Assembly (NCBI RefSeq): GCF_004010195.1
Contig: NC_057719.1
Coordinates: 25,473,710-25,530,912, forward strand
Direction: 5' to 3'
Length of the DNA: 57,203 nucleotides
Source of the DNA: Chiloscyllium plagiosum
Taxonomy: Eukaryota
How positions within the stretch are numbered: the first letter of the stretch is position 1; the number at the start of each line of letters is the position of its first letter. The notes below the pieces were generated by a model, which was given only the letters and a program-made list of their open reading frames with translations, was not told where the DNA came from and did not search any database. Position numbers and translations under genes: made by a program. Positions 26,440-39,400 of this stretch are shown here, one piece after another.

Positions 26440-28046
26440 CTGTCATTGATGTCAGGTGAATAAGTTTAATCAGTAAGCAGAATTTAAGTTTTACATACAT
26501 GTCCAGCCAAACCTAAACTTCATATTTCTTTGAATGGATATAAAGTAGTACAATTACTCAATTTTAGTTCTAATTATTTATATAGCCAGTGCTTCAAATA
26601 GGAAGGGGATGAAATTACAAAGTGATACTTAATAGCAAAACTTAAAAAAAAAATCAGGAAAATGGCAATGGTGCTTGTTCAGTCACCACTGAATTAGTTT
26701 GAACTCTGTTACTAAATATATACAATAAAATATTTTCCCTCATTCCTGTTTATTAATCATCATTTGTTACCCAAGATGGTGCACTGAAATTGGGACTTTG
26801 ATATCACTGACAGCAAAAGGGCTTGTGACTGAGGATTTTCAGTTCTTGACCTTTTTCTCTTATCAGTAAACATTGTTTTAGACTTTTTTTGTAAAATGAA
26901 CCTTTCAACCAGAAAGTGTTGCACTATAATAACTGTTCTAACAATCAACCAGTGTTGGTTATTCTATAGCAAATTCCTATATTAAAATACACTTCAATTT
27001 AACAACTATTTTATTGTTCTTCAAGGCACTTGGTTGTAATATTCACAAACACATTAGAATAGAGCTTATAAACATACAGTTGACATAGCACCTCCTGGTG
27101 GCAATAGCCAAGTACAACATGGGTAGATTGATTCAGGAAAACTTGCTGCTTACATGAACCTGATTCTGAATAATTGATTTTTGAAAAATACAGATAGTCA
27201 TACCTTTAAACAATTTGTGCCATACAGCTTAACTTCATATTAAAACAATCTCATATGCACATTAAAATAAAACACTCTCCTCACTCACTGGAAATGGTAC
27301 AGTTTCCAACTTGACAGCTTGTGCATCTGTACAAGGCCACACAAAAATTTCAGACTTGTAACTTATCTGAATTCTACCGATGGACTGTGAACGCCAAATT
27401 ATTGTTTTTGCTGAAACTCATTTGTTTTAGACAGTGAAACACTGGCTAGCTTATTTTCTTGCACATAATTCTCCAACATATGACATCACTGGAAAGACTA
27501 GCATCTACTGATCATCTCTACTTGTCACAATAGAGTGGTGGTGGGTCTTCTGCAATAATCACTACAAAGTGAGTGGCTTGCTAGGAAAATTATCAAAGCA
27601 GTTAATATCTACCTAAACTGAATCAAGTGAACATAGGAGTGTTTAAAGTGCCACCTGATTTTCAGACAAGAAGCACGTGGACAACGGCTGAAAGTCACCA
27701 ATGACCACACTCTCCTGCACCAAAGTGCCTCCCAGATAGATACTGAGACAGAGAAAACAGGGTCAGGAGTAGGCTGATCAGTCCTTTGAGGCTGATGCAT
27801 CATTTGATATGATCATGGTGGATCATCCAACTCAATACTCTGTTCTGGCTTTCTCCTCATACCCTTTAATCACTTTAGTCATAAGAAATATATCTAATTC
27901 CTTCTTGAAAGCATTCCAAGTTTTGGCCCAACTATTGAAGCAGAGAATTCCTCAGGCTCACTCTCTCAGTGCGGGAATTTCTCATCTCAGGCCTACTCTG
28001 TATCTTTTGGCTGTAAACCTGAGGTCTGGACTTCCCAGTCATTGGG

Positions 28047-28273
28047 TATAGGCGAAAGTGAGGATTGCAGATGCTGGAGATCAGAGACAAGACTGAAGTG
28101 GTGCTGGAAAAGCACACGTCAGGCAGCATCAAAGGAGCAGGAAGACAGACGTTTTGGGCCGGAGCCCTTCATCAGGGACCATTCCTGATGAAGGGCTCCT
28201 GCCCAAAATGTTGATTTTCCTGCTCCTCGGATGCTGCCTGATCTGCTGTGCTTTTCCAGCACCACTCTAATTT
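28047..28273. mobile_element. Penelope-derived fold-back insert within a decayed minus-strand CR1 3' fragment (about 27760-28530)
   Basis: Two opposed ctgatgaagggc...gccc motifs; 10-bp direct repeat agtcattggg at 28037-28046 and 28274-28283. Confidence 0.82.
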
Positions 28274-28591
28274 AGTCATTGGGAATATCCTGCTTGTATG
28301 TACCCTAGTTCTTCTGGAATTTGATAGATTTCTATGATGTACACTCTCATTCTTCTGAAATCCATTAAATATAGTCCAGATTAATGAAGTCTCTTGACAT
28401 ATATCAGGCCTGTAATCCATGATATCAGTCTGGAAAACCTTTGTTGCACTTCTTCCATAGCCAGAACATCCATCCATAGGTAAGGGGTCAAATTCTTGTC
28501 TGAGCACTTTGTTCAAGGACTGCTAAAGCTAACAACAAAGTGTAATTTTTTGCAAGAATATTACAGCTGTTGGAAGTAGATAATCGATTAC

Positions 28592-28762
28592 CTGCAGTTC
28601 CACCCTCAGCTGCTGAATGTGACCCAGCAATTTTTGGACTTCTTCACGTTGCATGTCACGCTCATGCCGCAGTTCTTCCAGTTCCATGGTGCTTACAGCA
28701 TGGCTTTCTAAACCTTCGATTCCAGAACCTTCTTTGAGGCTGTTAATCAGTTTTTCTTTGGA
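28592..28762 (-). CDS. golga5: Golgin-84, coding exon 6
   Basis: ccacag|SKEKLINSLKEGSG...LRVELQ|gtaatc; 171 nt, phase 0. Confidence 0.96.
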
Positions 28763-29864
28763 CTGTGGAAACAATGTGTATTAATACTTAACAACAAATT
28801 TATTTATTGTTGTTTCAGAATTATAATCCATTTACTGCAGATCACTGTATAAATCTACTTCATAATCATCAGTACGTCTCAAATCCACAAAACACGTTCA
28901 TAACTTCAATGGGAAGTACAATAATCAAATTTTAATCTTTCTGATTAAACTTTGATAAGTTCTATTCAAAATAGTTAAAATGGATCATTAAAAAAAGGCA
29001 ATACGTTAATTTATATTCAAGAATCTGACTTAAAATTGGTCATTGCTGGTAATAAACTACAGAAGTAAAATGATGGAGATGATACAAACATGGAAACCGA
29101 TTAAGCTACACAATTTATTTTTGCTCCCAAAGCACACTTTTGCCATCTACTGACCAAGGTTAAATTCTGTAAAGCAACAGCAAAATTTTGTTTAAAAAGT
29201 ATTCACACTCAAATATAAACATGAAAATTAACTAGTATTTTATAATCATGTCTATGAATAAAGAACATTAAAACTGTGGAAGTGATGTCTCTTGGTCTAA
29301 AGGAGACCTGGCAATTTGTTACAGCTTTTCAACTGCAGCTGACTTATATTCATTCTCTTGCACTTTTCACTTCTATGTTGTTTCTTATTGAATAATTATC
29401 CCAAGACTCTCTAAAAGTGATAATCTCTGCCTCAATAGCCGCTAATATTCTGCAATAGCATTGGTGAAAACATTTTCTGTTCCTACAATAATAATTCCAA
29501 ACGATGTCCCATTTTGCACGAACTTTTTGCTTTCAAGATATGACAGAAACAAGCTCTTTTTGCAGAGTCTGTTGTCTGGGACTTAAATGTCAAATCGTGT
29601 CTTGACACCGTAGATTTAATGGAAAGCAATGGCCTAGTGGTACTATCATTGGACTAATCCAGGCAATATTCCGGGAACTCTGGTTTGAATCTTACCATAG
29701 CAGATGGTGGAATTTAAAAATCAATAAAAACGTGGAATATAGAGGCTAACAACTGTGAAACCATTGTTAATTGCTCAAAAAACCTATTGGTTCACTAATA
29801 TCCTTTGGGATGGAAACTGATACCTTTTCCTCATCAGGCCTACATGTGACTCCAGACCCACAGC

Positions 29865-30602
29865 TGTCACAAAGCTAGTCCTTTTTCCAGAAGCTGTTCC
29901 TTTTCTCAAGGATACTGTGTCCTTGGTTTTTTTTTCTCAGAGGGGTTATAAAGCAATACGGGCTCCAAATCGACTGGTTTGGTACAGAGATGAAAGGACT
30001 TACTGAGAGACCTTTTTTGTTTATATGTAAACAGACGAGACTTGAGGCCAAAGCTTTCATGTTTTACAAGTAACCTGTTTAATGAAACAGGAGGGGTCAG
30101 TCCTGGAAGCTGAATTATTGTTGTTAGTTCAGTTGCAGCAGGGGATGGGTGAAACAAACTGAAATTCTTGTTGTGAGTTCAGTTGCAGCAGGGGATGGGT
30201 GAAACAAGCTGAATTCTTGTTGTTAGTTCAGTTGCAGCAGGGGATGGGTGAAACAAGCTGCTGAACTCTCTCTCCTTCTGCCCTTCTAACTTCGACCTGT
30301 AAGCCTCAGAGTAAAACTGAAACAATGTTTAAGGAATTTGTTTATTGGGACTGTTGCGTACTTTCGGAACAGCATAATTAAGTCTAGTTTGGATAGACTG
30401 AGTTCTGTGGGAATCTATATTCTGTTCTGTGTGTTTCATTCTGTAACTTTGTGAATACATTTTTGTCTGTTTGAAAACCTAGTCAACCTAGATAACTTAT
30501 TCTGGGTAATTTTCACTGTACATTTACCGAAACAAATAGCAAAGTTACAGTCTGGGCTGCCTGCTGAGGAATGTTTTGAGTTGTCTGGCCTAGTCCAGAA
30601 CA
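29865..30602. mobile_element. Solo LTR, 738 bp
   Basis: TGT...ACA termini; 4-bp target duplication CAGC at 29861-29864 and 30603-30606; internal tandem repeat. Confidence 0.8.
30107..30260. repeat. Three tandem copies of a 49-50 bp unit inside the LTR
   Basis: aagctgaattcttgttgttagttcagttgcagcaggggatgggtgaaac x3. Confidence 0.95.
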
Positions 30603-30744
30603 CAGCAGTGTGGTTGACTTTGAACTGCCCTCTAGGCAATTAAGAAAGGGCATGAAAAGCTATCCCAACCATCAATAACCACATCCCACAAATGAATTTT
30701 TAAAAAATTAAGTGACCAACTTTGCTGCAAACATAGGACTTCTG

Positions 30745-31260
30745 CATTCCTTGGGGATACTTTGCTATAGTTGTACCAGACTTTGATAAGACATCTAGAA
30801 TACAGTGTACAGTTTTGATCTGCTTATTTATAAAATGCACTAGCAGTTCAGAGAAAGTTCATTTGACTACTTCCTCGGATGAAAGAGCTACCTTATGAGG
30901 AAAGGTTTGACAGGTTGTGTCTGCATCCACGGAAGTTCAGAAGACTAAGAGGTGATCTTATTGAAACATACAAAAAACATGCTTTTCCCTTGGGAGAAAG
31001 ACTAGAACTAGAAGGGGCATTCCATTTCGGAGAGAGTTGAAGAAAAATATTTTCAAGATCGCAAGATTGTGAACGTCTTCCACAAAGAGAAGTGGAGGTG
31101 GGATCATTGAAAATTGTTAAGGCAGAGTTAGCTTTTTTTCTGACTAACAATGGAGTTCAAACAGTAATAGGGGTGGACAGGAAAGTTCAGTTGAGGCGAC
31201 AATCAGACTAGCCATGATCTTGTCAGGCTGCAATGTAGGCTTGAGGGGCCGAAAGTCATA
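30745..31260 (+). mobile_element. Decayed CR1 3' fragment
   Basis: gaggtgatcttattgaaacata; 3' motif catgatctt...ggcttgaggggccgaa. Confidence 0.65.
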
Positions 31261-31302
31261 CCCCCACGTCAAATTTCAATTTTCACATAACCTTGTTCAC
31301 AC

Positions 31303-31506
31303 CTGAAGAATTCTGGTAGCCTTTTGTTTGTAGTCCATTAATTCCTGTTTAGCCAAATCCAAACTGGTCTTAACAGTTTTGAGCTTTTGCTGCTGATCAT
31401 CTGCCCTCTTCTTCTCTTCAATCACCTTTCTCTCAGACGCAGTCAGTGTTTCTGCAAGACTTTGGCGTTCAATCTCCACCTTATTGAGTCTAGCTGCAAA
31501 CTCATT
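31303..31506 (-). CDS. golga5: Golgin-84, coding exon 5
   Basis: ttttcag|NEFAARLNKVEIERQ...DYKQKATRILQ|gtgtga; 204 nt, phase 0. Confidence 0.96.
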
Positions 31507-31999
31507 CTGAAAAGAAGGTACAAAAGACGTGTTTCAGCTCATCTCAAACATTTTATACAATCCTGAGAAAAGACCAGGTTAATTTTAATAATTTTTATGG
31601 TTTATAGGTAAAGAAAGTATTGCTAAAGGAGATCTGGAAATAAAATTATATTGTATGCATCACATCTAATGAAAAAGGGATACTCCATATTAAGTCCCAG
31701 CAATTATTCATGCTCAGGTATCTACAGGAAATAAATTTGTATCCATTTCTTACTCATTGACCAGGGAGAAGAGAGGTTTGAATAGATATGTGAAAAATAT
31801 ATTCATTTTATGTTTATTACTCAAGAGTTCTGTGAATTAAGATGACAAAGAGTGTGAAGGTGAACTGGGAAGAGGCTAAGTAAAGCTAAGGCATTCCAAG
31901 ATCTTTTTTGCAAGTTCAGTAAGCATAGATACTTCCATAAGTTCAACCATCATAGATGATAAATTAATCATTTGTAGAGTTAGGCAATAGCTAGGGCAG

Positions 32000-33340
32000 A
32001 GCTGAAAAATGTGTTGCTGGAAAAACGCAGCAGGTCAGGCAGCATCCAAGGTGCAGGGGAATCGACATTTCGGGCATAAGCCCTTCTTCAGGAATGAGGA
32101 AGGTGTGCCAAGCAGGCTAAGATAAAAGGGAGGGAGGAGGGACTTGGGGGAGGGGCGTTCGNNNNNNNNNNNNNNNNNNNNNNNNNNNNNNNNNNNNNNN
32201 NNNNNNNNNNNNNNNNNNNNNNNNNNNNNNNNNNNNNNNNNNNNNNNNNNNNNNNNNNNNNNNNNNNNNNNNNNNNNNNNNNNNNNNNNNNNNNNNNNNN
32301 NNNNNNNNNNNNNNNNNNNNNNNNNNNNNNNNNNNNNNNNNNNNNNNNNNNNNNNNNNNNNNNNNNNNNNNNNNNNNNNNNNNNNNNNNNNNNNNNNNNN
32401 NNNNNNNNNNNNNNNNNNNNNNNNNNNNNNNNNNNNNNNNNNNNNNNNNNNNNNNNNNNNNNNNNNNNNNNNNNNNNNNNNNNNNNNNNNNNNNNNNNNN
32501 NNNNNNNNNNNNNNNNNNNNNNNNNNNNNNNNNNNNNNNNNNNNNNNNNNNNNNNNNNNNNNNNNNNNNNNNNNNNNNNNNNNNNNNNNNNNNNNNNNNN
32601 NNNNNNNNNNNNNNNNNNNNNNNNNNNNNNNNNNNNNNNNNNNNNNNNNNNNNNNNNNNNNNNNNNNNNNNNNNNNNNNNNNNNNNNNNNNNNNNNNNNN
32701 NNNNNNNNNNNNNNNNNNNNNNNNNNNNNNNNNNNNNNNNNNNNNNNNNNNNNNNNNNNNNNNNNNNNNNNNNNNNNNNNNNNNNNNNNNNNNNNNNNNN
32801 NNNNNNNNNNNNNNNNNNNNNNNNNNNNNNNNNNNNNNNNNNNNNNNNNNNNNNNNNNNNNNNNNNNNNNNNNNNNNNNNNNNNNNNNNNNNNNNNNNNN
32901 NNNNNNNNNNNNNNNNNNNNNNNNNNNNNNNNNNNNNNNNNNNNNNNNNNNNNNNNNNNNNNNNNNNNNNNNNNNNNNNNNNNNNNNNNNNNNNNNNNNN
33001 NNNNNNNNNNNNNNNNNNNNNNNNNNNNNNNNNNNNNNNNNNNNNNNNNNNNNNNNNNNNNNNNNNNNNNNNNNNNNNNNNNNNNNNNNNNNNNNNNNNN
33101 NNNNNNNNNNNNNNCACCTTAACCTCCTTCCACCTATCACATTCCCAACGCCCCTCCCCCATGTCCCTCCTCCCTACCTTTTATCTTAACCTGCTTGGCA
33201 CACCTTCCTCATTCAGAAGAAGGGCTTTTGCCCGAAACATCGATTCCCCTGCTCCTTGGATGCTGCCTGACCTGCTGCGCTTTTCTAGCAACACATTTTT
33301 CATCTCTGATCTCCAGCATCTTCAGTCCTCACTTTCTCCT
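32000..33340. mobile_element. Penelope-type insertion with inverted termini spanning an assembly gap
   Basis: 32000-32160 is the reverse complement of about 33145-33300; flanking direct repeat aatagctag(g/a)gcag. Confidence 0.82.
32064..32091 (-). ncRNA. Minimal hammerhead ribozyme core in a Penelope terminus
   Basis: CTGAAGA-a-GGGC-ttat-GCCC-GAAA-tg-TC; stem I weak. Confidence 0.6.
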
Positions 33341-33420
33341 AATAGCTAGAGCAGGAGGAACTAGAATTTGCCCAAAAAAATGTTATATCGGTTTTCTCTA
33401 TTTAAATAAATTACTAATTT

Positions 33421-33730
33421 GGGCAGCACGGTGGCACAGTGGTTAGCACTGCTGCCTCACAACACCAGAGACCTGGGTTCAATTCCCACCTCAGGCGACT
33501 GACTGTGTGGAGTTTGCACATTCTCCCTGTGTCTGCATGGGTTTCCTCCGGGTGCTCCGGTTTCCACCCACAGTCCAAAGATGTGCAGGTCAGGTGAATT
33601 GGCCATGCTAAATTGTCCGTAGTGTTAGGTAAGGGGTAAATGTAGGGGTATGGGTGGGTTGCGCTTCGGCGGGTCGGTGTGGACTTGTTGGGCCAAAGGG
33701 CCTGTTTCCACAGTGTAAAGTAATCTAATT
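33421..33730 (+). mobile_element. HE1-type V-SINE, full length
   Basis: A box tggcacagtgg, B box ggttcaattcc, taatcta tail, flanking ctaattt repeat. Confidence 0.9.
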
Positions 33731-33752
33731 TCCAGATACGAAAAATAGGTTT

Positions 33753-34046
33753 TAGATTAGATTAGATTATTTACAGTGTGGAAACAGGCCCTTTGGTCCA
33801 ACAAGTCCACACCGATCTGCCGAAGCGCAATCCATTTAGAATCATTCACCTAACATTATGGGCAATTTAGCATGGCCAATTCACCTAAGCTGCACATTTT
33901 TTGGACTGTGGGAGGAAACCGGAGCATCCGGAGGAAACCTACGCAGACACGGGGAGAATGTGCAAACTCCACACAGAGTCGTCTGAGGCAGGAATTGAAC
34001 CCGGGTCTCTGGCGCTATGAGGCAGCAGTGCTAACCACTGTGCCAC
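33753..34046 (-). mobile_element. HE1-type V-SINE, tail-to-tail with the previous copy
   Basis: Reverse complement of the same consensus, with an internal deletion and (aatct)n tail. Confidence 0.9.
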
Positions 34047-34479
34047 TCACTAATACAATACATGTGCATTTTTGTTTTACATTTGTCTCCCTACTTTATT
34101 ATTGAATGATGAAATGTAGAACTTAAAACAATACTGGTCAAGTCAACTCACTAATAGGGAGAGTGGAAAGTTGGCAGGTGACAGCCATATCTTTTCCTTC
34201 ACCACAGGCTTTGCAAACTGCATACCCCCACTCATATTTGCTCTACATATACAGCATCCAGAAAATATAGTACATGAAAAAAATAAGTATTCTGAATGAA
34301 TAAAATTGTCACTCTTTATTCGGTTTCTTTCTGCAATGGCAAACAAGCTATTGGACATGAATTGGATTAGTAGTACAAGGATTAATCCACTTAGAAAAAT
34401 CTTTATTTGAGAGTCGAATTCTCAAAAGAATGATTTCTAAATTTTCAGCTTTAGATGTTTGAAAAGCAATATAGATCAT

Positions 34480-36165
34480 GGAATCAGAAAGGTCTACAGG
34501 AGAGGAATGGGTTCCAGACCAAGTCTGAGTCAGTCAAAAACCAGTTCTTAACTATTCAAATTCCATTTTACAGGACTTGGCCCATAGTCCTCAATGCCTT
34601 GTCATTACAAGTATAAATCTAAACACTTAAATATTGAGGGTGTATGCCTCTATCACTTTTATTGGCAGTGAGGTCCCCCCTGAAAACGTTCCTCTGAAAA
34701 CCATTTTCTTTACCTCCTGCCCCACATCCTAAATCAACACTTCCCAGTCGCTGATCCCTCAATCAACGGGAAACCCTTCCTGTCTATGTCCATATTAAAT
34801 CTATACATCTCAGTCACGCCCCCCCCCTCAGCCTCCTCTGCTCCAAAGAAAATAATCCTAGTCTGTTCAATCTCTCTTCAAAAAGAAAACTCCGTAGCCC
34901 AGGCAACATCTCCTCTGCACCCTTTCCAGTACATTTACAACCTGCTTACAGCGTGCTTTGCAGAACAGCACACCATACTCTAGCCATGGCCTAACCAATG
35001 TCTTATACAGTTCCAGCATAACCTCATTGCTCTTAAACTCAATGTCTCCGCTAACAAAGGCAAGTATCTTAACCACTTTTATCTAGCTGTCCCGTTAAGG
35101 GACAAGGAAACATGTACATCAGGGTCCCTCTGATACTTCGTGCTCTCTAGGGTCCTACAGGTCATAACGCATGTCCTTATCTCAGTGTCCCGATCACGTG
35201 CAACGCCTCACACATACAGATCGGATTCCATTTGCCACTGATCAGGCCGTCTATATCCTCTTGTAATCTAAGGCTATTCATCTTACTAATTTTCATATTG
35301 TTCATGAACTTACTGATGAACCCTCCTATATTCAAGTTAAAACTTTTATACATATCACAAACAGCAAAGGCCCTCCACACTGATCCTGGCAGAACCCCAC
35401 TGGATATATGGTTCCAGTCACAAAAACATCCCTCGACCATCATCCACTGCTTCCCGCCACCAGGCAATTGTGGCTCAATTTGTCAAAAATCCTTGGATCC
35501 CATGGGCTCTTTCCTTTGCTATCAGTCTCTCATGTGGAGTTTTTACTAGAAGCCTTGTTGAAGTCCGAGCAGACTGCATCAAATACATTGCCCTTATTGA
35601 CACACCCGGTTACCTTTCAAAGATTACAATCAAATCGATCAGACGTGACTTCCCCTTAACAAAACCATGCTGGCTACTCTTGATTAAGCCCTGCCTCGCC
35701 AAGTATAGATTAATTCTGTTCCTCAGAATTGTTTCCAATAGTTTCCTCACCATGGAGGTTGGACTGACCGACCTGTAATTTCAAGGTTTATCTCTTGCTT
35801 CCTTCTTGAATAATGCAACTGCATTGGCTGCCCACCAGCCCTCCAGTACATCTCTTCAGGCCAGACAGGCATGAAATTATCACCAGCATTCTTGCTATTT
35901 CATCGCTGGCCTCACTTAACAACCTAGGATACCTTGCATCTGGCCATGGAAACTGATCTGCTTTTAAGCCTGCCAGACCACTCTGAACCTCCTTTCTGAT
36001 TATGCTAATTTATTTCTGTATATCATAGTCTTTCTCCCGAATTTCTATATCCTCATCATCCCTCTCACTAATGAGCACTGCCACATTTTGGTACTCCATG
36101 GACCCTACTCTTTCCATTATTCTTTCACCCTTAATGTACTTATAAAATAACTTAGGATATTCCTG
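34480..36165 (-). mobile_element. Decayed CR1 RT and 3' end
   Basis: LELYKTLVRPWLEY, SGVLPGSVW, QHGFVKGKSRL. Confidence 0.8.
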
Positions 36166-36351
36166 AGGTGGGTGTGAAGAGTTTGACCTGAACGTAGATC
36201 TGCAAAATTACTGTGAACTATTGAATCGTAATTAAATCTCTAATGTTAATAAGGCAAATACAGTAGATGCGAGATATCCAAGTTGCATTATCTGTGATGC
36301 TCAGCTGCCAAGCCAGTAAAAGGAGTTGGATTTCTTGCCCCCAAAACAAAC

Positions 36352-36475
36352 CTGCATTTGATTGTAACTGTCTTGTTGTCGTTTAAGTGATGATTCTGCT
36401 TCCAGAAGCCTCTCTTGCATTGTCTGCAAGGCTTGGTTATGCATGCTGCTCCCTTCAGTATGATCCTGCAGTATT
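36352..36475 (-). CDS. golga5: Golgin-84, coding exon 4
   Basis: caaaag|A then ILQDHTEGSSMHNQALQTMQERL...YNQMQ|gtttgt; 124 nt, phase 2 to 0. Confidence 0.95.
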
Positions 36476-39400
36476 CTTTTGAAAGAAAACCACATTATAA
36501 AACTCTTTATGGGGTTTCTCAATGCAACATGTAATAAGCACAGCATCTCTAATTGATTAGGACTTTTGTATTACCTATCTTCTACCTGCAGTTTCTAATT
36601 TGGCAGTGTAACAGCCTCATCTAAAACTACCAAATTATAGGCACAGCACCATATTTTACTACAACAAAATTCAAGTATCTAAACAGCCAGACCTTTGATA
36701 ATTGGCTGTTTTAGGTGGTGCAGAATGTTCTTTTTCTTTTGGGAACGCAAGGCTGAATCCAGTGCAAAGTCATTAAATTGTCTCATGTCCAGTACTACAA
36801 TAAGTGAGATTAACTGAGCTCAACCCAACACTCAATGGGATATCAATTGTATGAGACAAGAATAAAATTATTGATAAATTGTCATGGTTTTACACAGTTC
36901 TTTGTCTATTTGAAGAATGTATTTTATCTAAATTGTTGCTTCTAACAAATCGCTGACTGCCTGTTTAGTATCTGCGATCACAAGCCACCCTCACCTGCCA
37001 CTCAAGGTATAAGTTACTGCTTCCCAGCTTCTCAACTTTACATTGGAGAAGTTGGGAGGCAGCAGGCTTAGATTGTAATTAAATGCGCATTAAGTAATTC
37101 TTAAAGCAAGAGGAAGTCACTGTGGCATTGGGATATTTTAGAATACAACAGACAGTTAAATGGAAAAGTTAGAATAATTGGTAGCAGGATGCATCATGGA
37201 AATTGTAGAAATATGAGACAGCAATTGAGTGTGTCTTTGTGAGGCTTTTGAGAGAGATTTAGAAAGGAACAATGGAGTAAGAAAAGGGCTGGAGTAAGTT
37301 CACCTACAATGCCCATTTGTGCTCTTTACACTTGGATAAGGACGAAAGGGAGCTGCTGGAATTTGTCAAAAAAAAAAGCTGTAGTGTAAGAACGATTGCA
37401 GCTTCCCCAATACAATGCATAACAAGGGAAAAAGGATTATGGGTAGGCCCAGCATTACAAATGGACAACTGGATATTGATTCTGAGGCGATCATGAAATG
37501 GACTGCATCCTCGGGTTATCAAAATCTAAACATGCCAAACAGAAATCTGCGAACGTACAGTAGTGGAGACTATCGTTCAAGACAGGCAAGTAACCTTAGG
37601 AACACAATTGAGGGGGTTTCCCCCTATTCCACTTCTCTGATATCTGAATCCAAACTGGATTATAATACCAGTCAGGACAGGGCAAGGACAGAGGCACAAA
37701 AGGTGGGTGAAGAACCCTTGGATGGTTAAGGAAGAGATCAAGACATTGCACAAGTCCTTTTTCCCCAGTTAAGTTAAAGAAGTCCCCTGTGAAAATTGTA
37801 TTTTATTCAGAGTGTTCCTCTGACAGGTAATAATAGCATCACTTACATTTAATTGAAGAACATAATAAAACAAAAGGTAATCTGAAAGTAAAAGACTTAA
37901 ACTGCTTTGATTCTTAGCATTTATAAAGTAAATTTGTCTGCGAATAGTATGAACCTAAGTTTTTTTTAAGACATTGTAAAAACAAAAAGATGATTTCTTA
38001 CTGTAAAAGACCTGCTCTCAAAACATAATTGAGTTGCATTTAGACGATATCCAATTTGAACTTAGAATTTGGAATGAGAAATATTTTGTTTTTAAAAGTT
38101 GGTTGTTAAAGCAACTTAACAAAATTGTTTTTAAGACAACAGAAATGTTAAAAGTCTGTTTGAGACGTGAAGCCAGGGATGGGTGGAGTGCTCATCCTGA
38201 CTTTGTCTTTTTTTCTGTTGATTTAAGGATCATTTCCATTTTTTTTTCTGGCCTAAGGCTAGGGCACAGTCTGGGTTTGAAGGAGCTGTGAAGGAGGGGA
38301 TGAGTAGGGTGAGTGACTCCTATGGGGATGGGGAAGAGTTTTCCATTCAACGTTTTATAATTGGTTTTCTTTGTAGTTTTTTGATAGTAGTAGATGTTTA
38401 TAGTTATGATAGAGTAGTTTTTGGAGATATAGTTCTTCGACTCTATGAGTCTTTATTTACTTGTGCTCGGCACTTTGTAAGCAGGGCTGTCCGTCCCAGA
38501 GGTTCAAGAGTCTCTGAAAGGGGATATGGCTAAGTGTCTTATTAAATGGTGCACCTGGAACATCAAGGGAAGTCTTCGCCTGTTAAAAGGAAAAAAAGTG
38601 CTTTCTAGCCTTAAGAGGGAAAGGGTTGATATCACTTTGTTGCAGGAAACCCATCTTGATGATGGCATACACCTGAAATTACAACAGGGGTGTTATGACC
38701 GGGTATTTTTTTCATCCTTTACAACTAAAAGTAGGGGAATGGCGGTACTTATCTAGAAAAATCTTCTGTTCATATTATTAGAGGTGAAAGGTGAGCAGGG
38801 ACGGTTTATGATACTTAAAGCCCTGATACATGGGGAGGAATATGGCATTCTAAATGTCTACTGTCCTCCAGCGCATCCCCTCAAATTTTTGATTAGTGCT
38901 TTCTCTAAGCTGAGTGCTTTTGGAACATGGCACATTATTATAGGGGGGATTTTAATTGTCTTTTGGATCAGACAGTGGACAGGATGCCTTGTGGGCCCCC
39001 AACTATTTCTTCGCAGGCTAAGCAGGTGGTTGACTTAGGCAAGGAGTTGGGGCTGGTGGACATTTGCAGATGGCTTCACCCTACCGGCAGGGATTTCACC
39101 TTTTTTTCAAACTCACATAAATGTCACACAAGGATTGACCTCTTCCTGGGCTCCCTTGGCCCTTCTGGATTCAATTATGGGTTGTAAAACTGAGAATATA
39201 GCTATCTCTGATCACACAGCAGTATATTTGGAGGTTAAGGCCAAGAGTGAGGGGCTAGGTTTGCAGCACTGGAGTTTGGACCCTTTTCTCCTTAAGGATT
39301 CCAAATTTGTGGAATACTTTTTGAAGGAGTTTCAGGAATTCTTGACTATCAACTCAGGCACAGCTATGGAAGACTGCTAAGGCCTTTATGAGGGGATTAG

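Larger units (their letters stand above)
29620..30710 (+). mobile_element. Old tRNA-derived SINE split by a solo LTR
   Basis: A-box-like tggcctagtgg, B-box-like ggtttgaatc; sequence continues across the LTR (gacccacagc|agtgtggttgac). Confidence 0.6.

Noticed and set aside
30107..30260. CRISPR-like regular repeats, here and in the minisatellite
   Set aside because: Head-to-tail tandem units without unique spacers; eukaryotic context; no cas genes
32035..33349. 350-400 aa ORFs
   Set aside because: Almost entirely N gap; the same applies to 18746-19795
33421..33495. tRNA gene
   Set aside because: A and B boxes belong to SINE heads that continue into SINE body and tail
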